Shown here: in pieces, positions 36,115-45,437 of the stretch
How the letters are laid out: every line of letters starts with the position of its first letter
Numbering within the stretch: position 1 is the stretch's first letter
Source of the DNA: a phage
DNA length: 64,000 nt
Reading direction: 5' to 3' (one strand)
Sequence record: PZ445440.1
The notes under the pieces: generated by a model
The model's input: the letters and a program-made list of their open reading frames with translations, nothing else
What the model was told of the DNA's origin: nothing
The model's database searches: none
Translations under genes and position numbers: made by a program

Positions 36115-36693
36115 TTAATTACCACGGGCTGCATTAGCAACGGCGTAAGCGTACTGAACATTAGCGTCTTTAAACGTACCTTTAGAGGTATCTATTTCCG
36201 CCTTAAAGCCACCTTTAGCCATAACATCGGCAAATTCTTTACGGAAAGCCATTGCATCAAGACCTTTCCATGATGATTTATGCTTGGCAAATTCAAGACC
36301 GGCGTAGTTGACAGCCTTAGCTAATTTATTATCAATAACCCATTTACCTGCTTTAGGCACAAACTTCGGGCCTTTTTGTTTAGAGAACAGTTTTAAATTC
36401 CAGCGACGAAGGTCACTGTCGGCTTTAACAAAAGCTGCGTCTAAGTTACTAGCAACAACATCTTCAATATGAGCAAATTTAAGTCCGTCAACTTCAATAT
36501 TTAGATCGTTACGCCAGCGTAGTCCTTCCCAAGCGAAGGCTTTAAAATCAGAAGCTTTTGTGGCTAGATATCGTTCAAGTGGAGCAGTTTTAGGGTCAAA
36601 GCCGTTTCCGCCACGATAATTCCACTCGTCCTTATTAATGCCTTGAGCTTTTCCTGCAAAGGCCTCGGCGATAAATTCTTTATATGTTTTCAT
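36115..36693 (-). CDS. internal-protein-like capsid-targeted protein (CTS MKTYKEFIAEA)
   Basis: N-terminus matches T4 internal protein capsid targeting sequence. Confidence 0.65.
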   Translation of the reverse strand: MKTYKEFIAEAFAGKAQGINKDEWNYRGGNGFDPKTAPLERYLATKASDFKAFAWEGLRWRNDLNIEVDGLKFAHIEDVVASNLDAAFVKADSDLRRWNLKLFSKQKGPKFVPKAGKWVIDNKLAKAVNYAGLEFAKHKSSWKGLDAMAFRKEFADVMAKGGFKAEIDTSKGTFKDANVQYAYAVANAARGN

Positions 36694-36718
36694 TTTGTTC
36701 CTATTGATTTAATTTATG

Positions 36719-37033
36719 TTATTCTTTAGGGAAGTTTTTAGAGTATGCATCATAAAGTTTATTACCAATACGGCGGAAGACTTTAGCTGCAAAACGGTTT
36801 TCAGGGTTTTTAATCATGATTTGCATCATGTAAGTTCCTGCATCCGAAAGAGCTTCTTCGTAGTACCCATTAATTTCTTTAAGAGTCCTACGTTTACCGC
36901 CAGGACCATCAACAGTAATTTTCCATTTACCAGTAGAAGTGCGGCTCGGTGGTTCAACTTGTTCAATCCAAATATAACCACCTTCAACGCGTTGGTTGGC
37001 GGATTCTGCAATAAATTCTTTATACGTTTTCAT
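36719..37033 (-). CDS. internal-protein-like capsid-targeted protein (CTS MKTYKEFIAES)
   Basis: CTS N-terminus. Confidence 0.65.
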   Translation of the reverse strand: MKTYKEFIAESANQRVEGGYIWIEQVEPPSRTSTGKWKITVDGPGGKRRTLKEINGYYEEALSDAGTYMMQIMIKNPENRFAAKVFRRIGNKLYDAYSKNFPKE

Positions 37034-37096
37034 TTTTGTTTCCTTGTTTGTTTTGATAGAGTAATTATACCATATTAATACTTAAGCGTAAACAAT

Positions 37097-37357
37097 TTAA
37101 GCTTGACCGCCAGAAATAATTCCGAAGTTGTTAAAATCATGTCCAATATCGTCAACATCTACTTTAGGACTTGCTACAACATAAGCAATTTCACTACGTT
37201 TTGCATAGGTGTTGATTTCTTTACCATCGCCACCTAAAAAAGAATACCCATTACGTTTTAATGAGCCAAAGTCTTCGGCATCACCAACGAAAGCTTTAAC
37301 TTTAAATTTAGGACCTTTGGCAACTGCTTCAGCGATAAATTCTTGATACATTTTCAT
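37097..37357 (-). CDS. internal-protein-like capsid-targeted protein (CTS MKMYQEFIAEA)
   Basis: CTS at internal ATG with SD AAGGGAAAA; track start is upstream extension. Confidence 0.6.
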   Translation of the reverse strand: MKMYQEFIAEAVAKGPKFKVKAFVGDAEDFGSLKRNGYSFLGGDGKEINTYAKRSEIAYVVASPKVDVDDIGHDFNNFGIISGGQA

Positions 37358-37364
37358 TTTTCCC

Positions 37365-37778
37365 TTAGTAAATTGATTTACCATAGTATTTGTACCAAGT
37401 CGGACGTTGAGCAATTTTTTCATCTAAGCGTGCTTGACTTATCGCGATGGATGCTTCGGACGGGACGTAATTATTACGAAATTCTACAGGGATGTCGGAA
37501 ATATCCTGGACTGTCGTGTCCTTGATTTTGAAACCACGTTTCAAACATTCAGCGATTAGCTCGATTTGACGTAAACGTAAAAATTCGAGTTTGTCGTAAA
37601 AGAATGTTACGTGACCTGTGCCTAAGATAAATGTTGGAGAGATTTTAAAATCCTTTACACGTTTACCGTTTTGAACATGTTTACGGACTGCACCAAATAT
37701 GCGTGGTAATTCACGATACTCAGCCATAAGATGTTGGTCGGTCAGTTCAGAAACAAGTGTTAAATTGATACGGGTCAT
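37365..37778 (-). CDS. denV: endonuclease V (pyrimidine dimer DNA glycosylase) DenV
   Basis: [35 protein letters not shown]... matches T4 DenV. Confidence 0.95.
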   Translation of the reverse strand: MTRINLTLVSELTDQHLMAEYRELPRIFGAVRKHVQNGKRVKDFKISPTFILGTGHVTFFYDKLEFLRLRQIELIAECLKRGFKIKDTTVQDISDIPVEFRNNYVPSEASIAISQARLDEKIAQRPTWYKYYGKSIY

Positions 37779-37781
37779 AAT

Positions 37782-37835
37782 TTCCTCCAAGTAGTTGATG
37801 AATGTATAGTATCAAAACCCTTGGAGGAAGTAAAC
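37782..37835 (-). promoter_or_regulatory. early promoter GTTTAC/TACTAT; spacer arm TTCCTCCAAG complementary to downstream arm CTTGGAGGAA that contains denV SD
   Basis: read from sequence. Confidence 0.5.
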
Positions 37836-37836
37836 A

Positions 37837-38118
37837 CTATTTTTCTGAAGCGCCTGAAATATATTTTTCAAGACGTTGTTTCATCAACGAGCCGTTCTTA
37901 GCGATTTCTTCCGGTTTATCGCACATACGCAACAATGCTTCAAGCTTAGCGATATCGCTGGTACGTTCAAATTTGCGAGTATCTATCTTACTAGCAAGTT
38001 CAGAAATACGTGCTAGTAGACTTTCGGCTTCAACCAAAGCTGCACCTAGCTTAGTTGCAAATGTGTCAGTAGCTTCGTTAAGAATAGATTCTGATAAAAA
38101 TTCACTATATGTTTTCAT
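37837..38118 (-). CDS. internal-protein-like capsid-targeted protein ([14 protein letters not shown])
   Basis: CTS N-terminus; position denV-e as T4 ipII/ipIII. Confidence 0.6.
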   Translation of the reverse strand: MKTYSEFLSESILNEATDTFATKLGAALVEAESLLARISELASKIDTRKFERTSDIAKLEALLRMCDKPEEIAKNGSLMKQRLEKYISGASEK

Positions 38119-38603
38119 ATATACGCTTTCCAAGTTCCTGTTTTAAATGTTGAGATTACGCGTTTCGCGCGATTAGGTGTCTGACGATACCATTTAGATT
38201 GGGCTAGATTTACTGCCGCTTCATCCCAACGTTTCTGTTGAAGCATACGAAGAGAATTAGTAAAACCAGCGACGCCTGCTACACCCATTTGGAAGACCAT
38301 ATTGACCAATGCACATCGACGAACCGCATCTAAAGAATCATATACCGGTTTAAGTTTAGCATTACCCAAGATTCCGCGAACGGCTTTATCAACGTCTTCA
38401 TTAAATAGCTTTTCAGCCTCATCAAGGGTAATTGTACCGTTGCATTTACGTCCGATCATTCTGTCAAGTTCAGCTTTAGCTACGGCTAAAGACGGGTTCT
38501 TTGTTACTAAATGGCCTATGCCAATCGTCCAAAAGCCTTCGGTGTCTTTGTATAAAGTCAGTCTAAGACCTTCGTCATTACGAAGCATTTCAAATATATT
38601 CAT
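38115..38603 (-). CDS. e: lysozyme (endolysin) e
   Basis: [35 protein letters not shown]... matches T4 lysozyme; catalytic E11, D20, T26 present. Confidence 0.97.
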   Translation of the reverse strand: MNIFEMLRNDEGLRLTLYKDTEGFWTIGIGHLVTKNPSLAVAKAELDRMIGRKCNGTITLDEAEKLFNEDVDKAVRGILGNAKLKPVYDSLDAVRRCALVNMVFQMGVAGVAGFTNSLRMLQQKRWDEAAVNLAQSKWYRQTPNRAKRVISTFKTGTWKAYI

Positions 38604-38606
38604 AAT

Positions 38607-38628
38607 ACCTCCCACGTTTATAGGAGGT
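38607..38628 (-). promoter_or_regulatory. lysozyme leader hairpin (ACCTCC-TATAAACGT-GGGAGGT) sequestering the e SD; late-promoter-like TATAAA in loop
   Basis: read from sequence; same arrangement as described for T4 gene e. Confidence 0.6.
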
Positions 38629-38637
38629 ATTTATTAC

Positions 38638-39096
38638 TTATAGGAGGGTAGTGAGCACCTTATATAATGATTTACCCATTACATATTCCCATTGAGAAGG
38701 TTTAATTAAAGCGAATGCATCAAATTCAGGAATCTGTCGTCCGTCCGGGAATGTATGATAGGAATTACAAACACTGTTTCTGAATTGCTCGTGCTCTACA
38801 GGAATGGTATATTGGAACAGATGAATATTCTTATTGTCTGAGTAATGATGTTCGCCTAGGTCTTTCAGGAAGGCAGGGTCATATTGTGTAAACCCAGTTT
38901 CTTCTTCGCATTCACGAATAGCGGCTTCAATAGGAGATTCGCCGGGTTCGACACGACCTTTAGGAATATCCCACCGATGAGCTAATGCACCTTTAGGACG
39001 AGAACCAGTTACACGCCCCATGAATAATTCTTTATCTTCGGTAAGGAAAATAATACCGGCTGATAGTTCTTTCACTTTATTTTTCTTACTCATCAT
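38638..39096 (-). CDS. nudE: Nudix hydrolase NudE
   Basis: Nudix box GRVEPGESPIEAAIRECEEETGF. Confidence 0.9.
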   Translation of the reverse strand: MMSKKNKVKELSAGIIFLTEDKELFMGRVTGSRPKGALAHRWDIPKGRVEPGESPIEAAIRECEEETGFTQYDPAFLKDLGEHHYSDNKNIHLFQYTIPVEHEQFRNSVCNSYHTFPDGRQIPEFDAFALIKPSQWEYVMGKSLYKVLTTLL

Positions 39097-39337
39097 CTCG
39101 GTCCCATGATTTGGCCATTAATTCGGACATAAATTCTTCAATGCGCGTTTCTTTAGATGGACTTTCACTATTAGAGACCGCAAGTTTGTAATCTGCAATA
39201 GGACAAAACATATCAAGGTCCATATTAAGATCGTCTTTGATTTTTTCTTCTGACACATCTTTATCGTATGTGTACAGATAACTATCACATGATTCTGATT
39301 TAATGTAAATTGCTATACTCATCTCAAATTCCTGCAT
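39086..39337 (-). CDS. hypothetical protein
   Basis: track ORF. Confidence 0.5.
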   Translation of the reverse strand: MQEFEMSIAIYIKSESCDSYLYTYDKDVSEEKIKDDLNMDLDMFCPIADYKLAVSNSESPSKETRIEEFMSELMAKSWDRDDE

Positions 39338-39810
39338 TCGGTAATAAAACGTTCAACTTCATTATTCTTGGCCTTTATCTTGTCTTTACGTTCCTGTAAA
39401 CTACTTTTAACAAGATTAATAATGATGCCTACAGTACCTCCACCAATGATGCCACCAACAACACTTATGATACTAGATGCTAATAAGATAGCAATAATAT
39501 CAACAAAACCGAAAGAACTCACCTTAGTACTAAAAAACCACACTGACGGTACAAATATAATCCATCCTGTTATCCATTGGCACTTATTGAAAAACTTTTC
39601 AAGCTCAGCTTGAGTTGTTCGTATTACTTCATCGATAGGTTGATATCCATTAATGTATCTGTTCACGATAATACCTGCTGGCTGGTTGATTTTAAATTCT
39701 TGGCAAATATGTTTCACTAAGTAGGACGGACATCCTGTCCAATCTACTGAATAATACGAAATACCTTCGTTGCCATCGTCTATATTAGACCAATATGTTT
39801 TGTTAATCAT
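39319..39810 (-). CDS. membrane protein with C-terminal ERFITECR tail
   Basis: track ORF; two TM segments; shared C-terminal motif family. Confidence 0.55.
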   Translation of the reverse strand: MINKTYWSNIDDGNEGISYYSVDWTGCPSYLVKHICQEFKINQPAGIIVNRYINGYQPIDEVIRTTQAELEKFFNKCQWITGWIIFVPSVWFFSTKVSSFGFVDIIAILLASSIISVVGGIIGGGTVGIIINLVKSSLQERKDKIKAKNNEVERFITECRNLR

Positions 39811-40496
39811 TACCAGCCTTCCATAGGGAATTCCAGATAAACTTGGGCATTGACACGAATTTCATTGGTAATCTTTTTAACTCGGTCTGTATTACGAGAT
39901 ACACGTCCGAACCAACGCCATCCGTTACTAATTGCACGAGAACCAGTGTGCCATGTTTGCCAATCAAACTGAAGAAGAGTACGGTCTGGAGCTTCCCATT
40001 TCTCTAGTTCACCTTTTTCGATTTTTTCGAGGACTTCTTTGTGCCACTGGCGATAGATAAGTTCGCCATCAGGAATCTGACTGAACTCTGCAGTTCCTGT
40101 TGCAAAATGAGTAGGACACACATCAGAGTTAACAAGACCAAGAATATGTTCAGAATGGTAACGAGGGTTGTCATAGTCAGGTTGTCCTGCAGTAATAAAG
40201 TGTTGACCAACTGGAATATCCGGGCGTGGTACATCGTCATGGTGATAACCTGGGATAGCAGGGTACCAACCAGGCATCAGCATGTGGACTCGTGAATCAA
40301 ATACAACCTGGTCGGTGTTCCAATCATCCGGCAAGTTCATGATGAAGCTGCGAGTAATAGGACCGCCGTTATTATAAGCAAATTCTAAACTACAGTTAAA
40401 GAACATCGGTTCGTTCTTGATTTTATCATTAGAAATGCTACCGGCAAAACCACCTACTGCACGAGCTTGGCTATTAAACACTTTAGAACTATTCAT
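39810..40496 (-). CDS. hypothetical protein (228 aa)
   Basis: track ORF. Confidence 0.55.
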   Translation of the reverse strand: MNSSKVFNSQARAVGGFAGSISNDKIKNEPMFFNCSLEFAYNNGGPITRSFIMNLPDDWNTDQVVFDSRVHMLMPGWYPAIPGYHHDDVPRPDIPVGQHFITAGQPDYDNPRYHSEHILGLVNSDVCPTHFATGTAEFSQIPDGELIYRQWHKEVLEKIEKGELEKWEAPDRTLLQFDWQTWHTGSRAISNGWRWFGRVSRNTDRVKKITNEIRVNAQVYLEFPMEGW

Positions 40497-40497
40497 A

Positions 40498-40803
40498 TTA
40501 TTTTCCTCGACATTCTTTAATGAAATTTTCTAGATTGGTAGATTCAATAGCTTTTTTACGAGCTTCTGCGTGTTCTTCTTCGGACAATTTACGTTTATAA
40601 TTGACCCAGACATTATGGTCTAAACCGGTCGTGGCATATAATATCAAAGCTCCGACGAATAATAAAAACGGTGATAAAAATATACAACCAGGAACACCAT
40701 CCATACTGTAAGCCTTTTGTAATACTGCAACAGAAAGAGCTGCGTAAAAAAGCGATGCAAATATTGTAAAAAGACCGATTCGGTTGGTTTCGCCTAATTT
40801 CAT
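40498..40803 (-). CDS. membrane protein with C-terminal ENFIKECRGK tail
   Basis: track ORF. Confidence 0.55.
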   Translation of the reverse strand: MKLGETNRIGLFTIFASLFYAALSVAVLQKAYSMDGVPGCIFLSPFLLFVGALILYATTGLDHNVWVNYKRKLSEEEHAEARKKAIESTNLENFIKECRGK

Positions 40804-40823
40804 AATATTCTCCTCATGTTTTA

Positions 40824-40861
40824 ATAGGACTACTATAACATAGCCCTATAATTGTGTAAAC
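40824..40861 (-). promoter_or_regulatory. early promoter GTTTAC/TTATAGT with inverted repeat ATAGGACTA/TAGCCCTAT
   Basis: read from sequence. Confidence 0.5.
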
Positions 40862-40873
40862 AGTTTTGTGAAG

Positions 40874-41830
40874 TTATTTGAAAGGTTTTACCATATGGAA
40901 ATTTTGTTTGAAACGTTTGACGTAATCGTCGTGTCCTAAGCTTTGGTACATACTTACTACTTTGCTGTAGTTTTCCCAGGCATACTCACGGAACCAACCA
41001 GAGGTGATGCTTGTACAGACCTTTTCCAATGCCATCATGAAACTGGCTTCAGGGTTAATTTTAAAGTCATTAGGAATTTGAGAACGTTCTAATGCTAGTA
41101 CACATGATTCTTCGTATACACCGGCCAGTTTAATCATTTCTGGTAACGATTCGAACTTCTCGCGTGAGGTCATGACTTCAGAACCGTCTTTCATGTAAAA
41201 CGTATAAGCCGGACGGTCTGTTAGTGCAATGGCTTCATGAATAGTATCATGGTCATATGTATAGATGTCATCTTTAAAGAACGCACTTTTAGAAGTGTCA
41301 AGAACCGGGTGAGCATAGTTCAAAGTTTCTTTCTGGCGTTTCAGCATAATTTCAGTAAGTTCATCGTTCAGTGTAACACCTTTACCACGAAGATACTGAA
41401 TATGGTTCATAGTCTTTAAAAAGAATGGATTATTTTTCTTGAAACGGTGAGACATCTTAATTGCAAGACATATCTCAGGAGTTGCCCAGTAAAACCCGGT
41501 CAAACGGTCTTTAGTCAAATTTTTCTTGGCGTATTTTAAAAGGTCATAAGAAGACGTGAAATCTTCAGGAGTGAGTTCACCGACTAGTTCACGGACATTA
41601 GTGATTGCCGGAACAATATACGCTTCAAAATGAGTTTCGCGTCCATTATGGAAGCATTTGAAAACTTGGACATCAGGGTTATCTTGGTGGACATATACAC
41701 CCATCATTTGATTTTTGAATGCATTCCAAGAACATTGGTCCGCAATAAAGTCCCAATCACTATTTTTGATAGCGCTAGAATCAATAAGACCGTGATAGTG
41801 AAGTGCACGAGAACCAATAACTAACAACAT
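40874..41830 (-). CDS. hypothetical protein, possible nucleotidyltransferase fold (weak)
   Basis: N-terminal VIGSRALHYHG...SDWDF loosely fits GSx..Dx[DE] pattern; uncertain. Confidence 0.45.
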   Translation of the reverse strand: MLLVIGSRALHYHGLIDSSAIKNSDWDFIADQCSWNAFKNQMMGVYVHQDNPDVQVFKCFHNGRETHFEAYIVPAITNVRELVGELTPEDFTSSYDLLKYAKKNLTKDRLTGFYWATPEICLAIKMSHRFKKNNPFFLKTMNHIQYLRGKGVTLNDELTEIMLKRQKETLNYAHPVLDTSKSAFFKDDIYTYDHDTIHEAIALTDRPAYTFYMKDGSEVMTSREKFESLPEMIKLAGVYEESCVLALERSQIPNDFKINPEASFMMALEKVCTSITSGWFREYAWENYSKVVSMYQSLGHDDYVKRFKQNFHMVKPFK

Positions 41831-41858
41831 AATATTTTCCTCGGATTAATTCATTAAC

Positions 41859-42110
41859 TTAAATTTCACGACATGCGATATCATATTCATCCCAGAGGTC
41901 ATCATGTGAAGCCTCTACCAATGGAACGATTGTACCATTTATGTCTTCATTATAAGGGCAAATTGTACAGTGCGCATCTTCGAATCGGATGCCTTTGTGT
42001 TCAGATTTTTTATAACGCATATCGAATATCTTTGCAAACTTTTCACGAGTAATGGTTTTACCAACCACTTTGGTTCCGATACTTTCGTAATAAATCATTT
42101 TGTTCTCCAT
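41859..42110 (-). CDS. hypothetical protein
   Basis: track ORF. Confidence 0.5.
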   Translation of the reverse strand: MENKMIYYESIGTKVVGKTITREKFAKIFDMRYKKSEHKGIRFEDAHCTICPYNEDINGTIVPLVEASHDDLWDEYDIACREI

Positions 42111-42117
42111 TTGTTTT

Positions 42118-42156
42118 GATAGGACTACTATAACATAGCCCTATCTTGTTGTAAAC
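42118..42156 (-). promoter_or_regulatory. early promoter GTTTAC/TTATAGT with inverted repeat GATAGGACTA/TAGCCCTATC
   Basis: read from sequence. Confidence 0.5.
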
Positions 42157-42160
42157 TGTT

Positions 42161-42358
42161 TTAGCAAGAATAACTAGATGATACCCAGCCTTGAACAGTG
42201 ATACTATTGTGGGATAATGAGATCGCGTCCTGGAGATTCAGACCTGCGTTATCTTCAATCCATAATGTAACTTCTTCGCGTTCTTCTGTTGCAATTTGGA
42301 ACAGGTTTTCTAGAGCAGCTACTGCGGTACGTACAGCACAATCTAATTCACGAGACAT
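42161..42358 (-). CDS. small protein, paralogue family ending GWVSSSYSC
   Basis: track ORF; C-terminal motif shared with next two ORFs. Confidence 0.5.
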   Translation of the reverse strand: MSRELDCAVRTAVAALENLFQIATEEREEVTLWIEDNAGLNLQDAISLSHNSITVQGWVSSSYSC

Positions 42359-42367
42359 ATGGTTTCC

Positions 42368-42640
42368 TTAGCAAGTGTGAGAAGATGCAACCCAACCGCC
42401 ATCTTCAAGGCTCAGGTTGTAGTCGTATTGGTAAACGTCAGCCCATTCAGCATAGCCGTTTTTTGTACAACGTTCAAGATCGGCTTTAAGATGTCCGGGT
42501 GAATGATAGGTTCCACCCATACCATAAGCTGGATACAAGTCGAATGTTGTGTTTTGTTTATCAGCAATTTCTTTGGCAGCCTCAATAGCTGCATAGATTT
42601 TTGCTACAGCTTCGGCCAGTTCGGTTTGTTCTTTAGACAT
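42368..42640 (-). CDS. small protein, paralogue family ending GGWVASSHTC
   Basis: track ORF; YGMGGTYHSPG and C-terminus shared with 42650..42955. Confidence 0.55.
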   Translation of the reverse strand: MSKEQTELAEAVAKIYAAIEAAKEIADKQNTTFDLYPAYGMGGTYHSPGHLKADLERCTKNGYAEWADVYQYDYNLSLEDGGWVASSHTC

Positions 42641-42649
42641 AATGATTCC

Positions 42650-42955
42650 TTAGCACAACGCAGAAGACGAAACCCAAGCACCTTCAGTAATAACGTAACC
42701 ATTACCTTCACGCTTAACATCACCACCATTATTTTCAATTTCATCTTTCATCCACTGGGATACGATTTCACCCTTAGGATAATAAGTACGTCCGCTACCA
42801 TAATCACCTACAGAAAATGATACGGCATATTGGTCTGCGATCTTTGTTGCTTCTTCTTCGATACGTTCAGCTTGATTCAGAAGTTTATAAATTGCATCTG
42901 AAGCGGATTTGGCATCATTAAACTCTGGTACTTTAATTTCAATAATCTTACTCAT
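42650..42955 (-). CDS. small protein, paralogue family ending GAWVSSSALC
   Basis: track ORF; YGSGRTYYPKG. Confidence 0.55.
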   Translation of the reverse strand: MSKIIEIKVPEFNDAKSASDAIYKLLNQAERIEEEATKIADQYAVSFSVGDYGSGRTYYPKGEIVSQWMKDEIENNGGDVKREGNGYVITEGAWVSSSALC

Positions 42956-43311
42956 TTTCTACATTCCTTAATAAAGTTTTCGATTGTTTCATTTTCACGT
43001 TTAGCTAGAAGTTCATTATAACTAATCATTTGAGAAGCGTAAACCTTTTTATTTTTCTTGTTATGGTTTATAAAATCGTAGTAAAAATAGACTACAGTAC
43101 AAAATGATGCGATGGATGCAAAGGCTTGGGTATACCGTAAGTCCTGCCATTGGTCTGTGAATCCACCGGTATTCCCTATAAATCCTAACACAACTCCGTC
43201 AATAAGAAATCCAACTAATCCAAAGGCAAATCCCATGCCAATACTCATAATAAAAATTAAAATATTCTCACCAAGAGAAGGCCATACGGTTAAGAGTTGA
43301 GGCTTTTGCAT
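42952..43311 (-). CDS. membrane protein with C-terminal ENFIKECRK tail
   Basis: track ORF. Confidence 0.55.
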   Translation of the reverse strand: MQKPQLLTVWPSLGENILIFIMSIGMGFAFGLVGFLIDGVVLGFIGNTGGFTDQWQDLRYTQAFASIASFCTVVYFYYDFINHNKKNKKVYASQMISYNELLAKRENETIENFIKECRK

Positions 43312-43664
43312 CTTATTTCCTTAACGAATTCCATAGCTTCTTCATATTCATACTTTTTAACAGCTTCATCATACTGAGCTTGGGCTTTTGCGCACTGAAC
43401 TTTCCACTCGCGAACTCGAGCTCTGTGATGACGGCCTTGGTGCCAATATCCTGCCCAATTAATAGGCATTAATAAAAACGGTACAATAAGTGGTGCGACG
43501 AACATTAATGAAAACGCTGCATCAGACGATATAACTTTATTGGAATCTAAAATAGCTCCTATAATCATAAAGATTAAAAATGCTAAAGCTAAAATAGGGC
43601 CAAATAGTACTTCGTTTGGGATTAATTTACGTTTGTATTCGTATGCCCAGGGCTTAATTGGCAT
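43290..43664 (-). CDS. membrane protein (C-terminus EFVKEIRCKSLNS)
   Basis: track ORF trimmed to internal ATG. Confidence 0.5.
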   Translation of the reverse strand: MPIKPWAYEYKRKLIPNEVLFGPILALAFLIFMIIGAILDSNKVISSDAAFSLMFVAPLIVPFLLMPINWAGYWHQGRHHRARVREWKVQCAKAQAQYDEAVKKYEYEEAMEFVKEIRCKSLNS

Positions 43665-44277
43665 GTACAGGGTTGGCTTTGACATATTCTCTACATTCCA
43701 TAATAAATTGCTCAAGGATTAAATTGTTAGTGAAATTAGGACTAACAACCATAGTTTCATAAAGCGCATCAATAGCACTTAAAGCATCAACTCTTTTAAG
43801 CAAAGGCTTGCCTTCATACATAGTTTCAGAATCGACGATTAACGTAAAGTAATATTTTTTATTATCGACTAGAACTTCTGTGTCGATATAAAACATATTA
43901 GACCTCAGAAGCTTATCTCTAAAACCATAATAATCTTCTGAACGTTCGCTGATATATTCCCATTCAGTGTTTAAACAACAAACAGACCACGTAGGAGCAA
44001 CGAAATCAGTGAATCTAATATCATGGTCTGCAACTAGTTTAGCAATAGCTCCGATATCATGAATCATAATACCTGGGGCTAATAAAGATTTTCTGCTATG
44101 GCTAGCCGTTTTCTCAGTGGTCTCATAAGAAGCCGACCAGTACCATTTACGTCCGGTTGCAACATATCGTAATGAATCAACTAAAGACGTAGGTGGATTT
44201 ACCTTATCTCGGAACTCTTCGAACATTGAGTCAATATCATTATTTTGGTTTCGCATGTTAACTCCTTTATCATCCAA
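43654..44277 (-). CDS. hypothetical protein (207 aa) with EQFIMECREY near C-terminus
   Basis: track ORF. Confidence 0.55.
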   Translation of the reverse strand: MDDKGVNMRNQNNDIDSMFEEFRDKVNPPTSLVDSLRYVATGRKWYWSASYETTEKTASHSRKSLLAPGIMIHDIGAIAKLVADHDIRFTDFVAPTWSVCCLNTEWEYISERSEDYYGFRDKLLRSNMFYIDTEVLVDNKKYYFTLIVDSETMYEGKPLLKRVDALSAIDALYETMVVSPNFTNNLILEQFIMECREYVKANPVHAN

Positions 44278-44305
44278 AAGGAGGACCGGAGTCCTCCGTA
44301 TTATT

Positions 44306-44899
44306 TTATTTCAAAGAGTTAATATATTCTTGTACATCAGCAGAAGTGGTTTCGACACCGGCTGGAGTGCCATTGAACGTTTCAACACGAGTCAGAGTGT
44401 CTTCGATATCAACCTTAGTCAGTGCAGCGATTTCAATTACATCATCGGCCGTAGAGATACCAAGGGCATTGGCTGCTCGAGTTTCACGAATGTATTCGAG
44501 TTTGATTGCCAGGTTCTGACGAGCATCATCAAGTTCAACCACCTTACGAGCAATTTCAATTCGCATAGCGGCATACCCGTCAGCTTTTGTATTAAGTTGT
44601 TCTGCAGTTCGACGATACAGAAGACCAAGCTTAGCATGCATGGTAACATCTTGTCCTTCAGCCAAGAGCTTACGAATTTCACGTTCCTTAGAAGCGGCTT
44701 GCTTATTCTTTTCAATAACAAGTTCGCGAATACGTTTTTCTTCATTAATAGATTTAACAGAAGCCGTTTTTAGTTCTTTGATTTGGGTAATCAACTTATC
44801 TGCAGCTGCGTTATACTGTTCTTCGACAGTCAGATTTTTAGCCATAGCAGTACCCAGTTTAGTGCGGATGAATTCAACAAGTTTCTTCAGTGTGTTCAT
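44306..44899 (-). CDS. hypothetical coiled-coil protein
   Basis: track ORF trimmed to MNTLKKLV. Confidence 0.55.
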   Translation of the reverse strand: MNTLKKLVEFIRTKLGTAMAKNLTVEEQYNAAADKLITQIKELKTASVKSINEEKRIRELVIEKNKQAASKEREIRKLLAEGQDVTMHAKLGLLYRRTAEQLNTKADGYAAMRIEIARKVVELDDARQNLAIKLEYIRETRAANALGISTADDVIEIAALTKVDIEDTLTRVETFNGTPAGVETTSADVQEYINSLK

Positions 44900-44969
44900 A
44901 TTATTACCTTTCAATTGGTGGTTTATTATCCAATGAGAGCATTATACTCTGCTCTCAAGAGTTTGTAAA

Positions 44970-45197
44970 TTATTTTTTAATCAAATTGACATAAAACTTG
45001 GCGTCTTCCGGGTGCATGCCTTCACAGTATTCTTCAACCATGAACTTCTTAACAGCTTCATAAGGACCACTCAGATTAAGCTCAGTTGTCCAGAACTTGG
45101 AATCTTGGACTGAATCGATACGAACTTCAGGGTGACGGTTGCGAATAACTTCTTCGGTATATTCATAATCAACGACATCAATACTAACTTTAGCCAT
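44970..45197 (-). CDS. hypothetical protein
   Basis: track ORF. Confidence 0.5.
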   Translation of the reverse strand: MAKVSIDVVDYEYTEEVIRNRHPEVRIDSVQDSKFWTTELNLSGPYEAVKKFMVEEYCEGMHPEDAKFYVNLIKK

Positions 45198-45243
45198 TTT
45201 GTTTTCCTCTTGATTTGATGTGATTACTATAACATAAACTTAC

Positions 45244-45408
45244 TTAGATGTAAATTATTTCAACGTCACCTTTAGCGGCTTTATAACCTTCAGCCCAAGA
45301 TACAACAGAGTTTTTATCTGAGGATTCAAATTCAGGCATTGGACTTTCACCAATATTCACACAGTATGTTTCTTCATTTTCATCGAACCAAATAATTAAA
45401 GTAGTCAT
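45244..45408 (-). CDS. hypothetical small acidic protein (54 aa)
   Basis: hand translation MTTLIIWFDENEETYCVNIGESPMPEFESSDKNLVVSWAEGYKAAKGDVEIIYI. Confidence 0.3.
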   Translation of the reverse strand: MTTLIIWFDENEETYCVNIGESPMPEFESSDKNSVVSWAEGYKAAKGDVEIIYI

Positions 45409-45437
45409 TTTGTTTACTCCTCTGTAGTTAATAAGTC

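Noticed and set aside
44306-44914. PspA/IM30-like identity for the 202-aa coiled-coil protein
   Set aside because: The resemblance is only heptad periodicity; no PspA-specific motif could be matched by eye.
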